Assembly: GCA_963702405.1 (NCBI GenBank)
Contig: CAVPCM010000011.1
Location: 97,683-161,682 of the forward strand
Direction of reading: 5' to 3'
From: an uncultured Actinomycetota bacterium
GTDB taxonomy: Bacteria > Actinomycetota > UBA4738 > HRBIN12
DNA length: 64,000 nucleotides
The position numbers were made by a program, and so were the translations under genes. The notes under the pieces are model-generated. The model saw only the letters and a program-made list of their open reading frames with translations, was not told the DNA's origin and did not search any database. Positions 19,131-27,485 of this stretch are shown piece after piece; within the stretch, counting starts at the first letter, position 1, and each line of letters opens with the position of its first letter.

Positions 19131-19321
19131 TCAATACGCGGCGGGAACCCCGTCGCGACATTGACCGGTCCGCGGCCTGGGCCGAGCCGTGAGCGCCCGG
19201 AGGATCTCGGTGCGGGCCGTTGAGGGGGCTTCGAGGAGGAGGCGCAGCTCGGCGAGCGTCGCGGGACCGAGCGCAGCCAGGTGGGAACGACGTCGGCGCC
19301 CTCGTCGAAGGGATAAGCCAC
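19131..19321 (-). pseudogene. family-2 small gene copy with frameshift (MAYPFDEGADV / SHLAALGPATLAELRLLLEAPSTARTEILRALTARP...)
   Basis: two overlapping ORF-track frames, 19070..19321 and 19131..19745. Confidence 0.55.
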
Positions 19322-19333
19322 GGAGCGGCGAGC

Positions 19334-19681
19334 CTAAGCCGTGCGGGAGCGCGGCGTGCGGACGACGGCCGGGAGGGCCAGCACTGCCACCAAGAGCGGG
19401 ACGAACACCAGGCTCGTCGGCAGGAGTGAGAACGCGGCCATCATCGCCCACCCCGCCTGCCGAGCCCTCCGAGCGAGCGGGTGCTGCGGGCGTTCGATCC
19501 CGAACATGAACACGAGTGCACCGCCGAAGCCGACGATCGAGATTGCGAGCCAGACGACCGACCCCGTATCTAGGAACGTGGAGAACACGAGCGCCCCGAG
19601 GAGTAGGAAGAAACTCGCGACGAGGCGGGCGACCCACCACCACGCGGTGGACAGAGTCCAAGACTCCCTCGCGGTGTCCAC
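19334..19681 (-). CDS. small polytopic membrane protein
   Basis: ORF track. Confidence 0.45.
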   Translation of the reverse strand: MDTARESWTLSTAWWWVARLVASFFLLLGALVFSTFLDTGSVVWLAISIVGFGGALVFMFGIERPQHPLARRARQAGWAMMAAFSLLPTSLVFVPLLVAVLALPAVVRTPRSRTA

Positions 19682-19697
19682 ACCTGCACGGTACGCC

Positions 19698-19757
19698 TAG
19701 GCGAACGTCTGCGGCCAGCCGAACGTCTTGCAGATCCGGTCCCACGTTCTCGAAAGC
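19698..19757 (-). repeat. family-1 HTH gene 3' fragment, copy 9 (LSRTWDRICKTFGWPQTFA*), flanked by stops
   Basis: gaacgtctgcggccagccgaacgtcttgcagatccggtcccacgttctcgaaagc. Confidence 0.6.
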
Positions 19758-19850
19758 TAGGCGAGCGAGCCCAGGCAGGTCGTCGCGAGTAATCCAACTT
19801 TCCCATCTTCGCGTGTGGGATTAGGTCGGGCAGCTTGTCCTACTCCACGG

Positions 19851-20648
19851 CTAGTCATCCCGGATGGCTGTGCGAGGGACCACGTGGCGCTCCCAGGACC
19901 CCCCGGAACTTCGCCAGACAACCGCACCGCCTTCGGCCGAGGCTGCCACCCAGACTGTGGTGATCTCGGATGGAAGGGACGGGGCTTCGTCGGCTGGCTC
20001 GTCCGTAAGATTCATCCCCAGGCTCGCTTCGAAGAGCCCATCTATCCATATGAAGACGTGCTTCTCGTGCCCACTTGCCCGCTCAAGCTTCGCTCGCTCG
20101 CCGCGCAGTCGATCACCGGATAGTGCGCTCTGTACTGCCTCATGAGTGTTACCAGTCCACGCGACGCCACCCTCGGATGGAGGCATGATCGAGATGTACG
20201 TGTCCCCCTCGGTGCCTGACGAGTTCGCAAGCCGGACCGGCAGCCGTTCGATTGGCATCATTACAGCGTCACGAGGAATCCATCGGCGCTTCTCGAACCG
20301 ACTCATGCCACGTGCCTCGAGATCCCGCAGGGCATCCACGAAGGCTTGAAGCGTCTCCTTGCTCTTGGGCACACCGATCGCTTCATCGGTCAGCGCTACG
20401 TACCAGTTGTGCTCGAGACCGGATCTGGAGCGCACGCCGTGCTTCCCGATCCACGCGATCAGCCGCTGACGATCCTCATCCATCAGCATCGTGACCTCGA
20501 GAGCACCGACGACTTCGGACCCGCGCATCACGTCGAAATCATGAGTGCCACCGGGTGCACCTGCTACGTCGCGGGGTATCAGTTGAACTGGCTCGATGGC
20601 TTCGACAACGCGACGCGCAGCGTCCTCTTCACGGCGTTCGCGGCCCAT
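19851..20648 (-). CDS. hypothetical protein
   Basis: ORF track. Confidence 0.4.
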   Translation of the reverse strand: MGRERREEDAARRVVEAIEPVQLIPRDVAGAPGGTHDFDVMRGSEVVGALEVTMLMDEDRQRLIAWIGKHGVRSRSGLEHNWYVALTDEAIGVPKSKETLQAFVDALRDLEARGMSRFEKRRWIPRDAVMMPIERLPVRLANSSGTEGDTYISIMPPSEGGVAWTGNTHEAVQSALSGDRLRGERAKLERASGHEKHVFIWIDGLFEASLGMNLTDEPADEAPSLPSEITTVWVAASAEGGAVVWRSSGGSWERHVVPRTAIRDD

Positions 20649-20917
20649 CCCCGGGGGACCCTCCCCAAGCGCAGCTCCTAGATGTGAACCGTACAGCTTC
20701 CGAGGTGCCGACCATTCCCTCGCGCGGCCCGACCGACCAGCCCGCCCGCTTCCGATCCTGCTCGAGCATCTTCGAGAGCATCGCTATTGCGAGAAGAGGC
20801 TAGGCCAGGGCGACGATGGGGCGCCTGGGCCAAACGGGATTGGTGAAGACGCCTGCGGCCCACACCCGCTCCTATCGGCCTCCCGCATACGATGAGCCAG
20901 TGGATCGGTCTGGTGAG

Positions 20918-20980
20918 CTCGAAGCCGGCGGCCCTGAGGATCGACAACTCGAAGCCGGCGGCCCTGAGGATCGACAAGCG
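20918..20980. repeat. 30-bp tandem duplication (ctcgaagccggcggccctgaggatcgacaa x2)
   Basis: read directly. Confidence 0.8.
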
Positions 20981-21012
20981 GACCCCGATCGCGTTACGCA
21001 GGTGTTCATCCC

Positions 21013-21936
21013 ATGCCCTTACAAGGGGAGCCCCAGAGTTCTAGGGTGGAGGAGGCATCGAGCGAGGGGGGAACCGCGATGGCAGAGGTCACAGTATCGA
21101 CCAAGCCCGACACGATCGTGATGATCCACGGGCTGTGGATGACGCCTCGCAGCTGGGAGCACTGGAAGGAGCGCTACGAGGCGCGTGGCTACTCCGTCCA
21201 CGCACCGGCGTGGCCCGGTTTCGAGGTCGAGGTCGAGGCGCTGAACGCGGACCCATCCCCGATGAATGAGCTGGAGGCCGAGACGGTCATCGACTCCTAC
21301 GAGACGTTCATCAACGACCTGGACTCGGACCCGATCATCATGGGCCACTCGCTGGGCGGCGCGATGACGCAGGTGCTGCTCAACCGTGGTCTCGGGAGCG
21401 TCGGCATAGGCCTTTCGGCCGCGACGGTAAAGGGCATTCGGGATCTCCCGTGGTCCACCCTGAGAGCTGCGGCCCCTGCCCTCAACCCGTTCAAGCGTGG
21501 GAAGCCCGTCCCCATGACCGAGAAGGAGTTCCACTACGCCTTCGCGAACACGATGAGCGAGGAGGAGTCGAAGCCGCTCTGGGAGCGGTACTGCGTTCCT
21601 GCAGCGACCGGCGTGCTCGCCGACATCGCGCTCGCGAATCTCCATCGGAACCCGCCGACCGAGGTCGACTTCGCTAAGGAAGGTCGCATCCCGTTGCTGT
21701 TCATCGGCCTCAGCGAGGATCACGTCGTACCGCCCAAGGCCACGATGCATAACGAGCGGAAGTACGACGACTCGGTCTCGATCACGGAGTACCGAGAGTT
21801 CGAGGGGCGTCCCCATTTCCCAGGCGCGCCGGGATGGGAGGAGGTCGCCGACTTCGCGATCGACTGGGCCGAGCGCCACGCCGGCCTGACGGTTGCCGAC
21901 CACGCTTCTGCCAAGGATCCCGCGTCGGCGAGCTGA
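21013..21936 (+). CDS. alpha/beta hydrolase fold protein
   Basis: IVMIHGLWMT ... IMGHSLGG nucleophile elbow; true start may be MAEV at 21079. Confidence 0.75.
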   Translation: MPLQGEPQSSRVEEASSEGGTAMAEVTVSTKPDTIVMIHGLWMTPRSWEHWKERYEARGYSVHAPAWPGFEVEVEALNADPSPMNELEAETVIDSYETFINDLDSDPIIMGHSLGGAMTQVLLNRGLGSVGIGLSAATVKGIRDLPWSTLRAAAPALNPFKRGKPVPMTEKEFHYAFANTMSEEESKPLWERYCVPAATGVLADIALANLHRNPPTEVDFAKEGRIPLLFIGLSEDHVVPPKATMHNERKYDDSVSITEYREFEGRPHFPGAPGWEEVADFAIDWAERHAGLTVADHASAKDPASAS

Positions 21937-21939
21937 CGA

Positions 21940-21987
21940 TCAGACGCCGAGGTCGCCGATCGCGCGGAGCAGCCGCAGCCGGATCCC
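21940..21987 (-). repeat. family-2 gene 3'-end fragment (short)
   Basis: tcagacgccgaggtcgccgatcgcgcggagcagccgcagccggatccc, begins 4 bp after the hydrolase stop. Confidence 0.6.
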
Positions 21988-22044
21988 GCAACGCTCCGCT
22001 CACTGGCTGGAGCTATGGTGAAGTCGCCGGGAGAGGGAGTCGGC

Positions 22045-22510
22045 ATGGCCGGAGGCAAGGCGCGCCTACCACCGCGGTGGTTCATCGTGATCTTCTGGCA
22101 CGGGCACCGACTGTTCGTCCGGGCCACCGGGGGGGCGCAAGGGGCTGTGGCCTCCGCGCCCGGGGAAGTATGGCGCCCTGCGACTCACCACGAGGGGCCG
22201 GCGCAGCGGCGAGTCGCGGAGCGTGATCGTCGGCTACTACGAGGACGGGGCCAACCTGGTCTCGATGGCCATGAACGGCTGGGGAGCGGCCGAGCCGGAC
22301 TGGTGGCTGAACCTGCAGGCCAATCCGGAGGCCCTCGTCGAGCTGGCCGGTGGGAGCCGGCGCGAGGTACTCGGAGGGCCGCGGCGGCGAGGAGCATGAG
22401 CGGCTGTGGCGGCGCTGGAGTGAGCTGGACAAGAACCTCGACGACTACGCCGCGCGACGCCCACAGGGAACGGCGGTCGTCGTCCTCGAGCCGCGCGTGG
22501 CGGCCGATTG
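22045..22510 (+). pseudogene. deazaflavin (F420)-dependent nitroreductase family protein (DUF385/PNPOx-like) with at least 2 frameshifts
   Basis: PPRWFIVIFWHGHRLFVRATGG / GKYGALRLTTRGRRSGESRSV...AEPDWWLNLQANPEALVEL / EEHERLWRRWSELDKNLDDYAARRPQGTAVVVLEP in three frames. Confidence 0.5.
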
Positions 22511-22526
22511 AGATCGCTGGAGCAAC

Positions 22527-22617
22527 TAGACGCCGAGATCCCGAATCGCCCGGAGCAGCCGCAGCCGAACGACCTCGTCGGTGTCGGCCATCGCGATCAG
22601 CGTGGCGAGGTCAGCGC
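22527..22617 (-). repeat. family-2 gene 3'-end fragment; its junction lies 3 bp from the stop of the 22621..23226 gene
   Basis: ctagacgccgagatcccgaatcgcccggagcagccgcagccgaacgacctcgtcggtgtcggccatcgcgatcagcgtggcgaggtc, identical to the end of the complete copy at 23712. Confidence 0.75.
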
Positions 22618-22620
22618 CGG

Positions 22621-23226
22621 TCAGATCATCGAGAGGTGCTGTTCAACTGCTGAACGGACGAAGGCCACCCGATCCATGATCGAACCGGGCTGAACGATGT
22701 CGAGGACGTAGCCTGCCCGCTCGTAGACCTCCTTGAGCGACCTGCTGAACGACACCGTGTCTTCGAACGTCATGACCCGCTCCTCGTCGGTCGCGTAGAT
22801 CTCCTCCCAGGGCTCGAGGAGAAGTACGTGAGGGTGATAGCGATAGTCCTCGGCGGCCTCAAGGCTTGGACGGGGGTCTACCCCGGCTCGGACCGCGTAG
22901 ACGATGCAATCAGGAATCCCCCGATCGAAGATGAAGGGGCCTCCTAGTCGGCGCGCCGTCTGATACTTCTCGATCGACCGTTGAAGGAGCAGGTGAGTGA
23001 ACAACGGTGGGTCTTGGTCCCATGTGCCCCTGCCACCGGTCGCACGTTGCTCTGCCAGGATCTCTCGGGCAGGTTCGTCCACGCATCTGAACTGGTCACC
23101 AAGCCGACTCAGGATCTCGGTCTTCCCGGACCCGGGTGCACCCGTGAGGATGAACAGCGCAGATGAAGCGTGACCCACGGAAGGAAGGCTAGTCCGATGG
23201 TCCGCGCGGTCAGGTAGTGCCGTCAC
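22621..23226 (-). CDS. P-loop NTPase (AAA_28-like ATPase)
   Basis: Walker A LTGAPGSGKTE. Confidence 0.65.
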   Translation of the reverse strand: MTALPDRADHRTSLPSVGHASSALFILTGAPGSGKTEILSRLGDQFRCVDEPAREILAEQRATGGRGTWDQDPPLFTHLLLQRSIEKYQTARRLGGPFIFDRGIPDCIVYAVRAGVDPRPSLEAAEDYRYHPHVLLLEPWEEIYATDEERVMTFEDTVSFSRSLKEVYERAGYVLDIVQPGSIMDRVAFVRSAVEQHLSMI

Positions 23227-23255
23227 TAGAGGGTCGTCCTATTTGTTCATCCCAC

Positions 23256-23341
23256 CCCGAAGTCGCGGATCGCGCGGGGCAGCCGCAGCCTGACGACGTC
23301 GTCGGTGTCGGCCATCGTGATCAGCGTGGCGAGATCAGCGA
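23256..23341 (-). repeat. family-2 gene 3'-end fragment; its junction lies directly at the stop of the cupin gene
   Basis: ccgaagtcgcggatcgcgcggggcagccgcagcctgacgacgtcgtcggtgtcggccatcgtgatcagcgtggcgagatc. Confidence 0.7.
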
Positions 23342-23671
23342 TCAAGCGAGCGCCGACCGATAGCGGCCCCACACGGCCTTGCTGTCATCAGCGCTCATCG
23401 GCTGATGGAGCTTGTCGATGAGTTCCGCGATCTCGGGACTCATCACGGCGAGGACATGCGCGCCTCCCCGAGTGGCGAAGGTGTGAACGGCTCCACGAGG
23501 AACCACGATGGACGTCCCCGGGGGAACCTCGTGGCGTACCCCATCGACTTCAACCTCGAGATGGCCGTCGAAGCAGATGAACGCTTCCTCGCCGCCGTGA
23601 TGCACATGGAGTGGAGCTTGATCGCCCTGGCCCGCATCCAGCCGCCAGTCCCTGATAACGAAATCGGGCAT
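23342..23671 (-). CDS. cupin domain protein
   Basis: ORF track; LHVHHGGEEAFICFDGHLEV...HTF two-His cupin motifs. Confidence 0.7.
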   Translation of the reverse strand: MPDFVIRDWRLDAGQGDQAPLHVHHGGEEAFICFDGHLEVEVDGVRHEVPPGTSIVVPRGAVHTFATRGGAHVLAVMSPEIAELIDKLHQPMSADDSKAVWGRYRSALA

Positions 23672-23711
23672 GGGTTCGGATATTAGCTTCGGCGGTGCGG
23701 TCGGCTAGGGG

Positions 23712-23951
23712 CTAGACGCCGAGATCCCGGATCGCTCGGAGCAGCCGCAGCCGAACGACCTCGTCGGTGTCGGCCATCGCGATCAGCGTGGCGAGGTCCG
23801 CGGAGGCAGGCCGCGCAGTGAGCGCTCGAAGGATCTCGGTGCGGTAGGTCGAAGGAGCCTCGAGGACGCGGCGCAACTCCGCGAGCCCCGCAGGGCTGAG
23901 CACCGCCAGGTGGGAGCGGATGTCGGCGTCCTCGTCGAAGGGATCAGCCAT
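23712..23951 (-). CDS. family-2 small protein, complete copy (MADPFDEDADIRSHLAVLSPAGLAELRRVLEAPSTYRTEILRALTARPASADLATLIAMADTDEVVRLRLLRAIRDLGV)
   Basis: ORF track; reference copy for the family-2 repeats. Confidence 0.65.
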   Translation of the reverse strand: MADPFDEDADIRSHLAVLSPAGLAELRRVLEAPSTYRTEILRALTARPASADLATLIAMADTDEVVRLRLLRAIRDLGV

Positions 23952-23969
23952 GCGGTGACGGCCGTCAGG

Positions 23970-24791
23970 CTAGTCCTCAAGCATCCGACGCTTCGCAGCT
24001 TCGAACTCTTCGGGCGACAGCAAGCCCTCCTTTCGGAGGTCGGCAAGCTTGAGCAGCTGATCAGCCAGGTCCGTCTGGGCGGCCTTCTGAGAGACGTTCT
24101 CCGAGGGTTTCCGCACGCGACCGAAGACGGCCGATAGTTGGATCCTCAGCTGATCGGGTGTTGCGTGCCCGTAATGGAAGAACGCCTCCGCATCCGAGGC
24201 TTGGAGCCGCAGGACTGTCTCCATATGTGAGGAAGTCGAAGCAGCGTTGAGTAGCGCGGCTATCGCCATCCCCGTGATAGCGCCTTCGAATCCGAAGCCG
24301 CCTCCGATGAATCCTCCTCCGCTCGTCACCTCCCCCCTGCCAGAGATATCGAGCCCCTCTATCGAGTCATAAGGGATCCGCACTGCCGTGACGTAGTCCT
24401 TGACGACCACGAGACCTTCTTGGTCGAACAGGAGGTCGTAGGCCTGGGCGGGGTTGAGAGCGAGACCATGTCCCCCGAGGAAGAGGCTCTGTCGCATGAC
24501 GGCGAGGCCACTAGCCGCCCGCTGTCGCCACTCCTCCGCTTGCATGTCTCCGCGGACTCTCGAGAGTTCTCTCTCCGCCCGCCTGGGCTCTAACTCAGCG
24601 AACGCTTTGAAGGCTTGGGCCCAGCCTGCTTCGGTCAAAGGGAACTTCTCAACGACCTTTCTCTCGGACGTTCCGGTCCCGATCGAGAAGAAATCATCCC
24701 CCCTTCCCTTCGTGTAGTGGAGCACGTATTTATCTCCGTAGAGCACCCCGTAGAACTTGGTCCTGGGGAGGGGTAGCTTTGGCATCGACAT
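23970..24791 (-). CDS. SHOCT-domain protein (C-terminal ...LADLRKEGLLSPEEFEAAKRRMLED)
   Basis: ORF track; glycine-rich central segment. Confidence 0.6.
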   Translation of the reverse strand: MSMPKLPLPRTKFYGVLYGDKYVLHYTKGRGDDFFSIGTGTSERKVVEKFPLTEAGWAQAFKAFAELEPRRAERELSRVRGDMQAEEWRQRAASGLAVMRQSLFLGGHGLALNPAQAYDLLFDQEGLVVVKDYVTAVRIPYDSIEGLDISGRGEVTSGGGFIGGGFGFEGAITGMAIAALLNAASTSSHMETVLRLQASDAEAFFHYGHATPDQLRIQLSAVFGRVRKPSENVSQKAAQTDLADQLLKLADLRKEGLLSPEEFEAAKRRMLED

Positions 24792-24870
24792 CTACTCCCA
24801 CGTGGTCCCCAGCATGAAGACCGACGCCACGCAGCTCGTCGCTGACGCCTTGACGTCCAAGCGTTAGACC
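24785..24870 (+). pseudogene. tyrosine recombinase C-terminal stub C (...GIDIYSHVVPSMKTDATQLVADALTSKR*)
   Basis: hand translation; matches the ...ITLDTYSHVLPSMQ... integrase tail; about 50 bp from the tRNA 3' end. Confidence 0.5.
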
Positions 24871-24922
24871 ATCCGTTGGACGGGAGCGCCCCGGGCAATC
24901 GTCGCTCGGGGCGTTTGTACGT

Positions 24923-25008
24923 GTCGGAGGGGGGATTTGAACCCCCACCCCCTGTGAAGGGGACTAGGCCCTCAACCTAGCGCGTCTACCAAGTTCCGCC
25001 ACTCCGAC
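24923..25008 (-). tRNA. tRNA-Leu(GAG), class II (long variable arm), CCA not encoded
   Basis: hand fold: acceptor GTCGGAG/CTCCGAC, anticodon stem CTAGG-ttGAGgg-CCTAG, variable arm CCCCTTCACAGGGGG, T-arm GGGGGTTCAAATCCCCC. Confidence 0.85.
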
Positions 25009-25035
25009 GAGGTCCGCGGTGGATGCTACCAAGGC

Positions 25036-25263
25036 CTAGGGGGTCCACTTCCAGGAGAGCCAGAACGTGCAGAGGCCCCACACGATCGCCGTGACGACGG
25101 TCACCCGGTCGAGGGTCCGCTCGAGGGCCGTCCCGCCGGCGAGGGTGGACGATCCGCCGAAGAGCTCCGACATCCCGCTCCCCTTCCCGGAGTGCAAGAG
25201 GATCGACAGGATCAGGAACAGAGAGGCGATGATGTCGATCACGATCACGACTGCGTTCAGCAC
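25036..25263 (-). CDS. secG: preprotein translocase subunit SecG
   Basis: VLNAVVIVIDIIASLFLILSILLHSGKGSGMSELFGG...; GTG start preceded by a ggagga RBS; the long ORF 25036..26271 is an artifact. Confidence 0.75.
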   Translation of the reverse strand: MLNAVVIVIDIIASLFLILSILLHSGKGSGMSELFGGSSTLAGGTALERTLDRVTVVTAIVWGLCTFWLSWKWTP

Positions 25264-25304
25264 GACACGTTCCTCCCGGCGCCGTGAGCCAGCGAACTCG
25301 TGGC

Positions 25305-26474
25305 CTACGGTCCGTCCTGTGGGGTGTCCTGGTTGCCGGACGACCCCTCCTGCATCTCGACGACGCCGTCCTCGAAGCGTGCTTCCGCGTCGCCGCCCTG
25401 GATGATACTTCCCTCCAACGGGAAGTGGCAGGCGGCGACCTGGCCGGCGCCGCCCTGGTCCGACAGCTCCGGCTCCTCCTGGACGCAGCGAGGGTGCGGT
25501 CCGTCGATCCCCTCGGCTTTCGCGATCGCCCGGGACTGCGGGCATCGAGGGTGGAACCGGCATCCCGACGGCGGATCGATCGGCGACGGCACGTCTCCCT
25601 GGAGGATGATCCGCCGCTTCTGCCGCGCGAGCTCGGGGTCCGCCATCGGCACCGCGGACAGGAGAGCTCCCGAATAGGGGTGCTTCGGGGTCTTGTAGAG
25701 CGCCGCGCCCTCGGCCATCTCGACGATCTTGCCGAGGTACATCACGGCAACGCGGTCCGAGACGTGCTTGACGACGGAGAGGTCGTGGGCGATGAAGAGG
25801 TAGGTCAGGTTGAACTCGTCCTGCAGGTCGCCGAGCAGGTTGAGGATCTGGGCCTGGATCGAGACGTCGAGCGCGGAGACGGGCTCGTCGCACACGATCA
25901 GCTTCGGGCGGAGCGCGAGGGACCTCGCCACTCCGATCCGCTGTCGCTGGCCGCCGGAGAACTCGTGCGGGTAGCGGTTGTAGTGCTCGGGGTTGAGTCC
26001 GACGAGCTCCATCAGCTGCTGGACCTCGGACTTGACCCGGTTCTTGGGCACGGTCTGGTGCAGACGGAACGGTTCCGACACGATCGTGCCGACGGTCTTC
26101 CTGGGGTTCAGCGAGGCGTACGGATCCTGGAACACCATCTGCATGTCTTCGCGGAGCTCCTGGAGCTCCTTGCCCTTGAGATGGGTGATGTCCTGCCCCT
26201 GGAACCAGATCGTCCCTTCCGTCGCGTCGTAGAGGCGCATCACGACGCGCGCGAGGGTGGACTTCCCGCACCCGGTCTCCCCGACGAGGCCGACGGTCTG
26301 TCCCGGGTGGATCTCGAGGTCCACGCCGTCGACGGCATGGACGTTGCCGACGTGATGCTGGAAGAGGATGCCCTGCGTGATCGGGAAGTACTTCTTGATC
26401 CCCTCGATCTTCACCAGCGGCTCACCGGAGGGAGCCGGCGGCTGCGCGGGGACGGGCTGCGCCTGGACACTCAT
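25305..26474 (-). CDS. oligopeptide/dipeptide ABC transporter ATP-binding protein (OppF/DppF type)
   Basis: Walker A GETGCGKST, signature FSGGQRQR, C-terminal oligopeptide-ABC extension. Confidence 0.85.
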   Translation of the reverse strand: MSVQAQPVPAQPPAPSGEPLVKIEGIKKYFPITQGILFQHHVGNVHAVDGVDLEIHPGQTVGLVGETGCGKSTLARVVMRLYDATEGTIWFQGQDITHLKGKELQELREDMQMVFQDPYASLNPRKTVGTIVSEPFRLHQTVPKNRVKSEVQQLMELVGLNPEHYNRYPHEFSGGQRQRIGVARSLALRPKLIVCDEPVSALDVSIQAQILNLLGDLQDEFNLTYLFIAHDLSVVKHVSDRVAVMYLGKIVEMAEGAALYKTPKHPYSGALLSAVPMADPELARQKRRIILQGDVPSPIDPPSGCRFHPRCPQSRAIAKAEGIDGPHPRCVQEEPELSDQGGAGQVAACHFPLEGSIIQGGDAEARFEDGVVEMQEGSSGNQDTPQDGP

Positions 26475-27485
26475 CGGCGAGCGAGGATCTCCTGGTCGCG
26501 GATCCGTTCCTTGTCCGCGAGGCTGAGGTGGCACGCGGCCGCGTGGTGACCGTCCACGGGGAGGAGCTCCGGGACGTCGCGATCGCAGGGTTCGAATCGG
26601 TACGGGCAGCGCGGATGGAACGCGCAACCGGGAGGGACCTGGATCAGCGACGGCGGCAGCCCGCGGATCGGGCTCAGCCGTTCCTGCTGCTCCTCGTCCA
26701 GCCGCGGGATCGAGCTCAGCAGCCCCCACGTGTACGGGTGGAGCGGCTTGTAGTAGATGTCGTCGGTGTCGCCGAACTCGGCCGCCTTGCCGGCGTACAT
26801 CACCATGATGTTGTCGCAGTGCTCCGCGACCACGCCGAGGTCGTGCGTGATGATCACGACCGCGGCGTTGAACTCGGACTTCAGGCGATCGATGAGATCG
26901 AGGATCTGCGCCTGCACCGTCACGTCGAGTGCGGTGGTCGGCTCGTCGGCGATCAGGACGTCGGGGTTCAGCGAGAGCGCCATCGCGATCATCGCGCGCT
27001 GACGCATCCCGCCCGAGAACTCGTGCGGGTACTGATCGGCTCGGTCCTTCGGATGCGGGATGTTCACGCGCGCGAGCATCTCGATGGCCTGGTCGAGCGC
27101 CTCCTTCTTCGAGATGTCCTGGTGCTCGAGGATCGCTTCGGAAATCTGATAGCCGACCTTGTAGAACGGATGGAGCGACGTCATCGGGTCCTGGAAGATC
27201 ATCGAGATCTTCTCACCCCGGATCGTGCGCATCTCGTCCTTCGGAAGCTTCAGGAGGTCCTGACCCTGGAAGAAGACCTCGCCGGAGATGGTCGCCTGCT
27301 TGGGGTTGATCAGGCCCATCACCGTGAGGGAGCTCACGCTCTTGCCCGAGCCAGACTCCCCGACGATCCCCAGCGTCTCCCCGGCCGCGAGTGAGTAGCT
27401 CACCCCGTCCACGGCCTTGACGAGGCCGTCGTCGGTCGGGAAATGGACCTTGAGGTCCTTCACTTCGAGCAGTGGCTCCGCCACT
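26471..27485 (-). CDS. oligopeptide/dipeptide ABC transporter ATP-binding protein (OppD/DppD type)
   Basis: GESGSGKS, FSGGMRQR; GTG start overlaps the permease stop. Confidence 0.85.

Noticed and set aside
25036-26271. Very long ORFs overlapping known genes on other frames (e.g. 25036..26271, 46998..49412, the first 347 codons of 38076..40805, 32506..34248)
   Set aside because: High-GC genomes give long stop-free antisense or alternate frames. Each contains a recognisable shorter gene (secG, amidohydrolase, lipoprotein, pgk) and the remainder is low-complexity Arg/Pro/Gly-rich artifact.
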